Source: an uncultured Pseudomonadota bacterium (GTDB lineage Bacteria; Pseudomonadota; Alphaproteobacteria; UBA9219). From it: 64,000 bases of DNA. Positions 39,473 to 48,982 of the stretch are shown piece after piece. Position 1 is the first letter of the stretch. Every line of letters starts with the position of its first letter. The notes beneath the pieces were generated by a model, which saw nothing but the letters and a program-made list of their open reading frames with translations, was not told where the DNA came from and searched no databases. The position numbers and the translations under genes were made by a program. Location of the stretch: assembly GCA_903869345.1 (NCBI GenBank), contig CAIPYM010000008.1, forward strand, positions 15,194 through 79,193, in the 5' to 3' direction.

Positions 39473-40366
39473 ATGACCACAGCCACTCGCGCTCTTGCAG
39501 CTTACCCGTCGCTCTCCGGTGAAGGAGGCTTGGCCGCCTACCTTCAAGCCATTCGGCGCTTTCCCCTGTTGACCCTGGAGGAAGAGCAGCGCCTCGCCGT
39601 ATCGTGGCGGGATCACGGCGACATCACCGCCGCGCACCGGCTCGTGACCAGCCACTTGCGCCTTGTTGTCAAAGTCGCCGCCGGGTACCGGGGGTACGGC
39701 CTACCGTTCGCGGACCTGATTGCCGAGGGCAACATCGGCCTGATGCAGGCGGTCAAGCGCTTTGACCCCGCCAAGGGATTCCGCCTGGCCACGTACGCCC
39801 TTTGGTGGATCCGAGCCTCGTTGCAGGAATTCGTCTTGCGCTCGTGGTCGCTCGTGAAAATCAGCTCAAGCGCCGTGCAAAAGCGTCTGTTCTTCAACCT
39901 CCGCCGTCTCAAACGGGCGCTCAGCCTGCGGGATGATGAGGACCTCACGCCCGAGCATCTGCATTCCATTGCGCAGCGCCTTGGCGTTGAGGAATCCGAG
40001 GTCACGTCCATGAACGGGCGACTCTCGGGCCCTGACCGTTCGCTGAACGTCCTTTTGCCGGGGGACGGCGCGGGTGAGGCGCTCGACAGATTGCCCGAGG
40101 AAGGCGCCAACCAAGAGACCCTTCTGGGGGATCGGGAGGAAACCGCCTCCCGGCAGGCGCTGCTCACCGAAGCCCTGGAGACCCTGGACAAACGCGAGCG
40201 CACGATTCTGGTGGCCCGGCGATTGCAAGACCCGCCAGCCACGCTGGAAGAACTCTCGCAGCAGCACGGCGTCAGCCGCGAGCGCGTCCGCCAGATTGAA
40301 ACCAGGGCCTTCGCCCGCTTGGAATCCTTCATACGTCGTCGGGCGACAGACGGAATCGCGGCATGA
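39473..40366 (+). CDS. rpoH: RNA polymerase sigma-32 factor RpoH
   Basis: Sigma-70 regions 2-4 and an RpoH box-like segment (…QRKLFFNLRRLK…). Confidence 0.85.
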   Translation: MTTATRALAAYPSLSGEGGLAAYLQAIRRFPLLTLEEEQRLAVSWRDHGDITAAHRLVTSHLRLVVKVAAGYRGYGLPFADLIAEGNIGLMQAVKRFDPAKGFRLATYALWWIRASLQEFVLRSWSLVKISSSAVQKRLFFNLRRLKRALSLRDDEDLTPEHLHSIAQRLGVEESEVTSMNGRLSGPDRSLNVLLPGDGAGEALDRLPEEGANQETLLGDREETASRQALLTEALETLDKRERTILVARRLQDPPATLEELSQQHGVSRERVRQIETRAFARLESFIRRRATDGIAA

Positions 40367-41478
40367 TCTCGTTTACGCTGGCCGAGCTGGCCGAGACACT
40401 CGGGGCCCGGCTGATCGGTCGGGGGGATATACGCGTGGAGCGGATCGTCCACCCCGCCGATGTCACAGGACCCTTGGACCTCGCGTTCGCAACCGATGAG
40501 GCGTTGCTGCCCCTGCTCGAAAAAACAAAAGCGCACGCGGTTGTTGTAACCGAATCGGGTGCGGAAAAACTGCCCCCGAGACGAGGCATGACCCGCCTGG
40601 AAGTCACACGGCCCCGCCTCGCGCTGGCGACTCTCACAACTCTTTTTGCGAAGTCCTCAGGCCCCGCGCCGGGGATTCATCCAACGGCGGTGGTCGAGCC
40701 CAGCGCCGTTCTAGGGGACAATGTCACCCTCGGCGCGTTTGTGTACGTCGGACCGAACGCGCACATCGGAGCGGGAGCCGTCCTTCACCCGCATGTGTTT
40801 GTGGGCGAAGGGGCCACAATCGGCGCGGGCACGGTCCTTCGCGCGGGGGTCTGCGTGGGCGAAGGCGTGCAGCTGGGGGCCCGGTGCCTCGTGCATTTTA
40901 ATGCCAGCCTCGGCGCGGACGGATTCAGTTTCGTGACACCCGAAGCCGGGAGCGTCGAAAGTGCCAAATCCACGGGTGCGGTGGGCGCGACCAACACCGC
41001 GCTTGTTCGCATCGCCTCCCTCGGGCCCGTCATCATCGGGGACGATGTGGAGATCGGCGCGAACACGTCTCTGGATCGCGGCACGTTGAGGGCCACGCGC
41101 ATCGGTAACGGCACGAAAATTGATAACCAGGTCCAGGTGGGCCACAACGTCGTCGTGGGTGAGAACGTCCTGCTCTGTGGCCGCGTCGGAATCGCGGGCA
41201 GTGCGGTCATCGGCGACCGCGTCGTTCTGGGCGGCGGCGTGGGGGTTGCCGACCACGTCACCGTGGGGGCTGACTCGGTCGTGATGGGGATGAGCGGCGT
41301 GGCGGGTAACGTGCTGCCGAAGTCCGTCGTCGGCGGCCTTCCCGCCAAGCCTCGCAGCCAGCTGCTGGAGGACCTCTTGCAGATCGGCCGTCTGAAATCC
41401 CTCGCGCGGCGCGTGGCCACCTTGACCACACGCCTTGACGCGCTGGAAAAAACGCCGTCTCCGCAAAAGCCTTCGTAA
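40363..41478 (+). CDS. lpxD: UDP-3-O-acylglucosamine N-acyltransferase (LpxD family)
   Basis: LpxD N-terminal domain plus left-handed beta-helix hexapeptide repeats. Start overlaps the rpoH stop by 4 nt (ATGA). Confidence 0.75.
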   Translation: MISFTLAELAETLGARLIGRGDIRVERIVHPADVTGPLDLAFATDEALLPLLEKTKAHAVVVTESGAEKLPPRRGMTRLEVTRPRLALATLTTLFAKSSGPAPGIHPTAVVEPSAVLGDNVTLGAFVYVGPNAHIGAGAVLHPHVFVGEGATIGAGTVLRAGVCVGEGVQLGARCLVHFNASLGADGFSFVTPEAGSVESAKSTGAVGATNTALVRIASLGPVIIGDDVEIGANTSLDRGTLRATRIGNGTKIDNQVQVGHNVVVGENVLLCGRVGIAGSAVIGDRVVLGGGVGVADHVTVGADSVVMGMSGVAGNVLPKSVVGGLPAKPRSQLLEDLLQIGRLKSLARRVATLTTRLDALEKTPSPQKPS

Positions 41479-41542
41479 TCCGCCGCGCCCAGGAACAGCC
41501 CGGCTTGCTGCTCCACCCCGCAGGCGTTAGAACCCACGCAGA

Positions 41543-43342
41543 TTGAACCTGCAGAGAAGGGGCGGTTGGATGACAAAAGATTCGCCCTACGCCCTTGTTT
41601 CCTTGATACGGCAGGTTTGGTTTTATGCAGGGAAACAGCGGCCGCAAATGGTCGCGTTTTATGGGCTGCTCGTCGTCGCTAATCTTTTTATTTTGGCGCG
41701 CCCGTTAATCCTCGCCAAGATCATCAATGCCATCCAAACGGGCGGGCCAGAAATGCTCTGCACGTCGCTTGTGTGGTGCGCAGTTTATGCCGGAAGCATC
41801 ATTGGGTTCTGGTCGTTTCACGGTCCCGCGCGAGTGATCGAACGGCGCGTTGCGTTCGTCGTCTATCAACGGTTTGTGGCCGACCTTTACGCCAAAGTGA
41901 CCGAGATGCCGCTGACGTGGCATCAGGACCATCACTCAGGCGCGACCATCAACCGCGTCACCAAAGCGAGTAAAGCTCTTTTCAAGTTCGCGCAGGATCA
42001 ATTTACCCTGATCCAAACGACCGTTCTGTTCGTTGGCAGTCTGATGGCCCTCGGGTTCTACAGCTGGTGGGTGACAGGAATCGTGGCCTTGGGAATCGCA
42101 GGGTTGTTCGCGTCGGTGCGGCGTTTCGATCAACGTTTGAGCACCCTCGTGAGGGAAACGAACGAGAGGGAACATCATCTCGTCGCCGGACTCTACGACT
42201 ACATCGGCAACATCATCACCGTTCTAACGCTTCGTCTTCACGGCCATACGCGTGAGGAGATCGGGAGGCGGTTTGAGGCCATGCGACCGCCTTTCTGGGA
42301 ACAGGTCGTGATGAACGAATGGAAGTGGGCTTCCATGAGCGTCGCGCTGGTCTTTTTGCTCGCGGGCATTGTGGCCGCTTACATCGGCCTAACCGTTCTT
42401 GCGGGAGGTGTTTTGACGGCGGGAGCCGTCGTCGCGATTTTTCAGTACCAGATGATGATCAACGAGTCCTTCTTCAACCTGGCGTCACGTGCTGAAACCG
42501 TTATGCAACAGAACATGGACTTGCTCTCGGTCAAGGAGCTGCTGGAGGATCATGCGCGGCTTGGCGTCAAACCCCGCCGCGAAGAGGGCAGGCCTTGGAA
42601 GAATCTTGCGCTCCGCGAACTGGACTTCACACACGGCAACGACAAGGACGAGGCGTCGCAGGTTTTGCGCAACGTGAATCTGGACCTGCGGGCCGGGCGC
42701 AAGATCGCCATGATCGGGACGAGCGGCGCGGGAAAAACAACCCTGCTTTCACTGCTGCGCGGGCTGCGTGAACCGGAACAGGTTCTTTTGACGCTCGACG
42801 GGGAATCTTTCAATCAACTCGAGCCCTTGGCGGATTTGGCGACGCTGGTGCCCCAGGATTCGGAGATTTTTGAGAACACCGTCCGCTACAACCTGACCTT
42901 GGGGGTCGAGGTGGCGGACGACATCTTGCAGCGAGCACTCTCAATCGCGGCTTTTGATGGTGTGGCGGCTTCGCTGTCACAGGGGATTGATACCGACATC
43001 CGCGAGCGTGGCGTCAATCTTTCCGGCGGACAGAAACAACGGCTGGCGCTTGCACGCGGAATCATCGCCGCCGAGGATTCCTCTATTCTTCTTTTGGACG
43101 AACCGACGGGAAGCCTCGATCTCCAAACGGAGTCCACAATTTTTGAAAGGCTCTTCGCGGCGTTTCCGGACAAAACCATCGTGGCGACGGTTCATCGTCT
43201 GCATCTGGTCCCGCGCTTTGACGAAATTTGTTTGATTCAGGATGGGACGGTCATCGAACAAGGGACGTTCCGCGAGCTTTTGCAAAAGGATGGTGCCTTC
43301 GCCGTTCTTTGGCGCGACCACTTGACCCAGCAGGAGAGGTAA
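41543..43342 (+). CDS. ABC transporter permease/ATP-binding fusion protein (type I exporter)
   Basis: N-terminal TMD plus an NBD with Walker A (GTSGAGKTT), signature (LSGGQKQRLALAR) and Walker B (LLLDEPTGSLD). Confidence 0.8.
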   Translation: MNLQRRGGWMTKDSPYALVSLIRQVWFYAGKQRPQMVAFYGLLVVANLFILARPLILAKIINAIQTGGPEMLCTSLVWCAVYAGSIIGFWSFHGPARVIERRVAFVVYQRFVADLYAKVTEMPLTWHQDHHSGATINRVTKASKALFKFAQDQFTLIQTTVLFVGSLMALGFYSWWVTGIVALGIAGLFASVRRFDQRLSTLVRETNEREHHLVAGLYDYIGNIITVLTLRLHGHTREEIGRRFEAMRPPFWEQVVMNEWKWASMSVALVFLLAGIVAAYIGLTVLAGGVLTAGAVVAIFQYQMMINESFFNLASRAETVMQQNMDLLSVKELLEDHARLGVKPRREEGRPWKNLALRELDFTHGNDKDEASQVLRNVNLDLRAGRKIAMIGTSGAGKTTLLSLLRGLREPEQVLLTLDGESFNQLEPLADLATLVPQDSEIFENTVRYNLTLGVEVADDILQRALSIAAFDGVAASLSQGIDTDIRERGVNLSGGQKQRLALARGIIAAEDSSILLLDEPTGSLDLQTESTIFERLFAAFPDKTIVATVHRLHLVPRFDEICLIQDGTVIEQGTFRELLQKDGAFAVLWRDHLTQQER

Positions 43343-43365
43343 CCAAACCACGGAGGAAGCTTCCT

Positions 43366-43833
43366 ATGCCCGAAACCCATACTCTTGGTGAATTTCGCGC
43401 CAAGTTTCGTGTAGACGAATTGCTTGTTGCCAAGACCAATGCGTGGTCGTGGTCCGTGCGGCCCGATCAACCGACTCTTGGGGCGGGGATTCTGTCGCTG
43501 AATCGCTTTGCCCTGCGGCTGTCCGAGGTGACGCCTGCGGAAATGGCCGAACTCGGTGAACTGATTGCGACGCTGGAACGGGCCGTGAAGCAGGCGTTTC
43601 CCTCGTATGACATCATGAATTACCTGATGCTGATGATGAAGGACCATTATGTGCATTACCACGTCGTGCCGCGTTACCCCTCGCCGTGCACGTTCATGGG
43701 GCTTACGTGGATGGACAACGGCGGGCGTCCCGGTTTGCCCGCGTTGGGCGAGCGCCAGCACAAAGACCGCGAGGATGTTTTGCAGGGGATTCAGAAAGCC
43801 TTGCGCGACGCCCTTGAGGTGGATGTGCGGTAG
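43366..43833 (+). CDS. HIT family protein (histidine triad hydrolase-like)
   Basis: HYHVHVVPR histidine-triad-like motif. ATG 43366 has a GGAGGAAG RBS. Confidence 0.55.
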   Translation: MPETHTLGEFRAKFRVDELLVAKTNAWSWSVRPDQPTLGAGILSLNRFALRLSEVTPAEMAELGELIATLERAVKQAFPSYDIMNYLMLMMKDHYVHYHVVPRYPSPCTFMGLTWMDNGGRPGLPALGERQHKDREDVLQGIQKALRDALEVDVR

Positions 43834-43842
43834 CGCTGGGAT

Positions 43843-44769
43843 TTAATCTCGGGAAGGGGTGATCCACGTCAAGGATGTCCCCGGACAAGGGGCGTCCAAC
43901 AGACGCTGCAGGAGGGGGAACAGCTGAACCAGCGTTTCCTCCAACCGCCAGGGTGGGTTCACAAACACGAGTCCCGTGCCTGCCAGACGGTCGGAACGTG
44001 CGTCCTCCTCCAAGCGACATTCGGCGGCCAAAAGCCCCGGAACGCCCTCGGCGCGGAGACTCTCGTGCCAGCGCCAAATGGTGGACCTGTCCTTGAGGGG
44101 GTACCAGATCATCGCGCGTCCGCCGGGCCAACGCCGCCCGATATCGCGCACCGCCGTTGTCAGGCGATCCCACTCGCCCTCCTCTTCGTAGGGAGGGTCG
44201 ATCAGAACCAGGCCCCGTTCGCCCGGCTTCGGCATCAGGGCTTTGAGGGCCTCGTACCCATCCCGCCGATGCAGCTGAACTTCTGGCCCAGGGGCTACAG
44301 GAAGGCGGCGGAAAAGGTTCTGCAAGGTTGAAAACGTCTCGGAATGCAGCTCACACGCCACAAGGCGATCGGCGGAGGTGCCTTCCTGTGCTGGGCGCAG
44401 GATCTCCCGTGCCACAAGCGGCGAGCCGGGGTAGAAGCGTAGCGTGTTGCCCTCGGGGTTCAAACGCGCAAGGACGGTTTGGTAGGGGGCCAGCAGATCC
44501 AAGGGAGAGGTGAGGGGGGAGGAGGACGGAAGTGATTCGGTCTCCATTTCCTTTTGTAAGCCCTTCCAAAGGCGGGCAATGCCCTGCTGTGATTCGCCTG
44601 TTTTTAGGGCTTCGGCATCCTGCAGGTCGTAGATTCCTGCCCCTGCATGGGTATCCAAGACGGTTAACGGCCCACCCTTTGACGTTAAGGTTTTGAGAAC
44701 AAGGCTGAACGCGGCGTGTTTCACGACGTCGCAAGCGTTTCCGGCATGAAAGGCGTGTCGGTAGTTCAT
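43843..44769 (-). CDS. rlmJ: 23S rRNA (adenine2030-N6)-methyltransferase RlmJ
   Basis: RlmJ/YhiR family sequence (MNYRHAFHAGN…DPPYE). Start ATG 44767-44769. Confidence 0.8.
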   Translation of the reverse strand: MNYRHAFHAGNACDVVKHAAFSLVLKTLTSKGGPLTVLDTHAGAGIYDLQDAEALKTGESQQGIARLWKGLQKEMETESLPSSSPLTSPLDLLAPYQTVLARLNPEGNTLRFYPGSPLVAREILRPAQEGTSADRLVACELHSETFSTLQNLFRRLPVAPGPEVQLHRRDGYEALKALMPKPGERGLVLIDPPYEEEGEWDRLTTAVRDIGRRWPGGRAMIWYPLKDRSTIWRWHESLRAEGVPGLLAAECRLEEDARSDRLAGTGLVFVNPPWRLEETLVQLFPLLQRLLDAPCPGTSLTWITPSRD

Positions 44770-44894
44770 GGCAATCTCTAACACCTTGAAACATAAAGTG
44801 TTTATTTTTTCTACCGCTTTTTAAGGATTTTTGCGTTAAAATACTCCTTAGGGGGACAGGTTGAGGGAGATAAGCCCCTAAGGGAGGAACTCTT

Positions 44895-45914
44895 ATGACG
44901 CGGCATAACGTTTCTGAATGGCTCGGTTTAGGCCTTCGTCCAGGTCCGTGGATGGATTCCGCGCTTATGGGCCGCTGGTTTTTGGTCCTTGTGCTGACGA
45001 TGTCCGCTGTTAGCGGAGATCCTGAGGTTGCGTGGGCGGCTGCCTCAACGTTTGGCGACGTCGTCTGTAATGTTCGTAATAACTTGGTGCCCTACACGGG
45101 TATTTTTTCCGTCATTGCGTATGCCATTGCAGCCTTTTTGGCCGCCCGATTTGGTTGGCTTCTGATGCAACAGTTTCAAGATTCGAAAAGCAACAAAATT
45201 CCCCAAGCGCTTGGCTCGTTTGTGGCCAGCGCGTGCTTTTTCTCCCTTCCCTATTTCGTCAAGGCGCTTCAGACCAGCCTGTTTTCTCGTTCGCTTGCCA
45301 GCGGGGGGGGCGGGGTCACAGGGTGTGTGCCTGTTCCTGTCACACCTGTTCCGGCTGACGGCAACACGGCGGGGCTGGATCTCATTATCCAGAATCTCAC
45401 GAGCAACATCCATCAACCCATGATGTCACTCATCTCCATCATTAGCATTGCAGTTGGGCTGTTTCTCATTGGCCGAGGCTTGATCCGCAGCACCAAACTC
45501 GGCACAGACCCCAAGGTGGCAGGCCCGCATATCATCGTTGTGAATCTTCTGATCGGAGCCGCGTTAGTCTCCATTGGTGAGATGCTGCCCACCATGACCA
45601 CCACGCTGTTTGGTGACAGCGCGGTGCACAGCATGAAGAACTTCTCCCTCCGTTGGTCCGAGATTGTCCCTACAGGTACGGACACAACGGCAGCCAACAA
45701 AACGATTCAAGCGGTTTTGGGGTTTGTTCAGATCATCGGTGCGATTTCGTTCTTGCGTGGATGGCTGATTGTCCGCCGCGCGGTTGAAGGGGCTGGCCAG
45801 GCGACGGTGCCGCAAGGGATTACCCATATCCTCGGTGGGACAGCGGCCATCAACATTGACCGCGTGATCACGGTTTTCAACAACACCTTCGGCTTACGGC
45901 TCGTCGGGACGTAG
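44895..45914 (+). CDS. Hypothetical polytopic membrane protein (about 6 TM) in an AT-richer segment
   Basis: 339 aa. Hydrophobic segments are separated by a Gly-rich/PVPVTPVP linker. It has its own AT-rich promoter region and a 5'UTR hairpin. There is no confident family assignment; it is vaguely TrbL/VirB6-like in topology only. Confidence 0.45.
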   Translation: MTRHNVSEWLGLGLRPGPWMDSALMGRWFLVLVLTMSAVSGDPEVAWAAASTFGDVVCNVRNNLVPYTGIFSVIAYAIAAFLAARFGWLLMQQFQDSKSNKIPQALGSFVASACFFSLPYFVKALQTSLFSRSLASGGGGVTGCVPVPVTPVPADGNTAGLDLIIQNLTSNIHQPMMSLISIISIAVGLFLIGRGLIRSTKLGTDPKVAGPHIIVVNLLIGAALVSIGEMLPTMTTTLFGDSAVHSMKNFSLRWSEIVPTGTDTTAANKTIQAVLGFVQIIGAISFLRGWLIVRRAVEGAGQATVPQGITHILGGTAAINIDRVITVFNNTFGLRLVGT

Positions 45915-45955
45915 GTCCTTTTTTGGCCTTTATTCTTCCCGCTATCCTCTGGTGC

Positions 45956-48397
45956 CTACCCTCTCAACGTCGCTCCCGTCGCTTTGGTAGCGGCGGTGAT
46001 GAGGCGAAGAGAGAGAGCTTCAATCTCGGTGTCGGTGAGGGCGCGGTCCGTGGGTTGAAGGGTGACGGTCAGGGCCAGGGATTTTTTGCCCGTGCCCAAG
46101 CGATCATCCTCAAACACGTCAAACACCGTGACGGCGCGAATCAGGGCCTTGTCCACCCCCTTGATCGTCTTGACCAGCTTATCGGCGGGGACGGCGCGGT
46201 CCACGACAAATGCAAAGTCGCGCGTCAGGGGTTGTGTGGTTTCAAGCCGCAAAACGGGCTTGGCGGTATCGGTCCTTCGAGGTTCAGGCACAGCGTCCAA
46301 AAAGATTTCCGCTGCCACGAAGGGACCCGCCGTAAGGCCATGCCGGGCCAGGACCCCTGGGTGCAGTTCTCCAAAATGGGCAAGCAAAACGGGGCCGAGG
46401 CGCAATGTGCCCGATCGACCCGGATGGTACCACGCGGGCGCGTCAGCGGTGACCTGTAACATGTCCACGGGGGCACCCACCGCTGCGAGGGTGGCCAATA
46501 CGTCGCTCTTGGCATCGAAGGCGTCCACCGGGCGACCCGCTGCGAACCACGCGCGGGGCACGGGGCCCACGCGGACCAGAGCGGCAACGAGGCGCTGATC
46601 CTCGGACGAAGGGCCGTTGTACACGGGGCCAACCTCAAACAGCGCGGCACCGGGAAAGCCTCGGTCGGCGTTGCGTTGCGCGGCTTGCGCCAGATTAGGC
46701 AGCGCCGAGGGGCGCGCGGCATCCAGATCTTGGCTGAGGGGATTCACGAGCCGCAAAGCCTCCTGCCCACCGCCAAACGATTCCGCAAGGGCCGAGGACA
46801 TCATGGACCACGTGACCGCTTCCAGAAGGCCTTGCCCCGCAAGGGCGCGGCGCACGATTCCGGCGCGGCGGCTCCGTCGTGCGGCGGCTTGCGCAACCTC
46901 GTCCGGAAGGGTTGAGGACGGCGGCAGCGGGGTCGCGGGAATCGCATCGTACCCTTTGAGCCGAATGATTTCCTCGGTGAGGTCCACGTCGCCCCCGATG
47001 TCGGGCCGCCCGCTGGGGGGTGTGACGCGCCATTGCCCTTCCGGTGTTGAGGCCGCAAGGCACCCCAGGGCCGTCAGAATCGCGCGTTGCTCGGCCGGGG
47101 GAACATCCACCCCCAAGCGGCGCGCGCACAGCGTTGGATCGTAGGGGATCGCCGTGCGGGGCGCGGGCGGGGACCCCAGGATGATGGGGGCGCTGAGGGT
47201 GGTTTCCGGCGTGCCGCAGATTTCCAGAATCAAGCGCGTCGCTTCGTCCAACCCCGGCAAGGTGGAGGCCGGGTCCACACCGCGCTCAAACCGGTAGCGG
47301 GCGTCCGAGGTGATTTGTAGCGCTCGGCCCGTTTGCGCGATGCGGACCGGATCAAACAGCGCGGATTCCAAAAAGACCGAGGTCGTCGCGTCGGTGCAGC
47401 TTGTGGCCACGCCGCCGATGATGCCGCCGAGACTCTGCACACCCTGATCGTCGCCGATGACAATCATGCCAGGCGCAAGCGTGTACGTTACGGCATTTAG
47501 GGCAACAAGCGTCTCGCCGCCCTTTGCCGTACCGACCCAAAGGCCGCCTTTCAGCGTGTCCGCGTCAAAGACGTGCAGGGGGCGGGCGCGATCAAAGGTC
47601 AGGTAATTCGTGATGTCCACGAGCGCCGAGATAGGACGCACCCCAATCGCCTTGAGCTTGTGTTGCAGCCACGCGGGCGAGGGCCCGTTGCGCAAGCCCT
47701 GAATCACCCGTCCCGTGAACAAAGGGCAGAGGGATTCCTCACCGGGCGTGAACCTCCAGCGGATGGGGAGGGTGGTTTTCAGTTCCCTCGCCTCCCGAAG
47801 GGTTGAGAGGGTGAGGAAGGATTCCCCAACGTTCCTCAGCGTCCCGAGGCCTGAAGCCGCGAGGTCCCGCGCGATTCCCAAAACGCCCGCCGCATCCGCG
47901 CGGTTGGGGGTGAGCCCCAGTGTGAAGACGGGATCATCCAGCCCCGCCCACGCTGCATACTCGCTGCCGAGGGGCGCGTCCTCGGGCAGGTCCAGGATTC
48001 CGGCACTGTCCTCGCCGAGGTCCAATTCGCTGGCCGAGCACAGCATACCTTCGGACTCGACGCCCCTGATGGCGCTGCGTTTCAGGGCCGTTCCCTCGCG
48101 GGGGATGATGTCGCCCGGACGCGCGAGGACGGATTTCAGCCCCACGCGAGCGTTCGGAGCCCCGCACACGACTTGGATTTTTTCGCTCCCTGTGTCCACG
48201 ACGCACACATTAAGCTTGTCGGCGTTCGGGTGTTTTTCGAGCGCGACGATTTGGGCAATTTTGAACGGAGCGAGCCTTGCGCCTTTGTTCTCGAGCGCCT
48301 CGACCTCCAGCCCCAAGGCCGTTAACCGTACCGCGATCTCGCTTGCCGAGGCTTGCGTTTCCAAATGCTCACGAAGCCAGGAAAGGGTGAATTTCAT
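45956..48397 (-). CDS. pheT: Phenylalanine--tRNA ligase beta subunit
   Basis: 813 aa with PheT domains (tRNA-binding N-terminus, B3/4, B5, FDX-ACB). No pheS lies upstream. Confidence 0.9.
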   Translation of the reverse strand: MKFTLSWLREHLETQASASEIAVRLTALGLEVEALENKGARLAPFKIAQIVALEKHPNADKLNVCVVDTGSEKIQVVCGAPNARVGLKSVLARPGDIIPREGTALKRSAIRGVESEGMLCSASELDLGEDSAGILDLPEDAPLGSEYAAWAGLDDPVFTLGLTPNRADAAGVLGIARDLAASGLGTLRNVGESFLTLSTLREARELKTTLPIRWRFTPGEESLCPLFTGRVIQGLRNGPSPAWLQHKLKAIGVRPISALVDITNYLTFDRARPLHVFDADTLKGGLWVGTAKGGETLVALNAVTYTLAPGMIVIGDDQGVQSLGGIIGGVATSCTDATTSVFLESALFDPVRIAQTGRALQITSDARYRFERGVDPASTLPGLDEATRLILEICGTPETTLSAPIILGSPPAPRTAIPYDPTLCARRLGVDVPPAEQRAILTALGCLAASTPEGQWRVTPPSGRPDIGGDVDLTEEIIRLKGYDAIPATPLPPSSTLPDEVAQAAARRSRRAGIVRRALAGQGLLEAVTWSMMSSALAESFGGGQEALRLVNPLSQDLDAARPSALPNLAQAAQRNADRGFPGAALFEVGPVYNGPSSEDQRLVAALVRVGPVPRAWFAAGRPVDAFDAKSDVLATLAAVGAPVDMLQVTADAPAWYHPGRSGTLRLGPVLLAHFGELHPGVLARHGLTAGPFVAAEIFLDAVPEPRRTDTAKPVLRLETTQPLTRDFAFVVDRAVPADKLVKTIKGVDKALIRAVTVFDVFEDDRLGTGKKSLALTVTLQPTDRALTDTEIEALSLRLITAATKATGATLRG

Positions 48398-48802
48398 AGC
48401 CGCTCTCCTGCGGAAAGGATGCTTGTCAAAGGCAAAACACGAGCCGTTGGCCTTTCTACCATCCCGCTGCTTGCAACCTCAAGCGGCTGTCCCCTTTTGT
48501 TAGCGCAACGCGTAAGAGTCCCCCATCTGCAAAGCTAAAATGTCCCCTTTTGCTGATTCTCAGATGATGAAAACGCACGCCTGCGGCTTTTCATCCTTGA
48601 ATGGGCGAAGTCAAAAAGGCGGATCGGCCTGCGTTTCTCGGCCAAAATCTCCATCAATCCTGGAGCGCCGTTTTGGGGGAAGGATGTGAGGGCGGGGACC
48701 CTCATCCCTCGGACCCAAGCGGGGATCCGGGCCTCTGTTCGGGGATGGTCAAAAACGGATGACACACGGGCGGAAAACAGGCGCTTTTCCAACCGTTTGG
48801 GC

Positions 48803-48836
48803 ACAAAAAAACCCGCGATTCGGCCGAAACGCGGGT
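48803..48836 (-). terminator. Intrinsic terminator downstream of amtB
   Basis: On the minus strand, CCCGCG-TTTCGGCCGAAT-CGCGGG followed by TTTTTTTG. Confidence 0.7.
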
Positions 48837-48982
48837 ACACTACGCCATGGGTTTGTCAATACCCCTTTGAACCCGCCGAGTCAAGAAAAAATTCTCTCAG
48901 CGGCTGTCCCCTTTGGTCGCAACAAAGGGCCCTTCAAAAAGAACCAGAATGGCTTTTTGTAACGTCACCAACGGTGCGGGTT

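Noticed and set aside
48535-48840. 101-aa ORF in the pheT leader as a pheS remnant
   Set aside because: The translation has no similarity to PheS motifs. It spans the amtB terminator.
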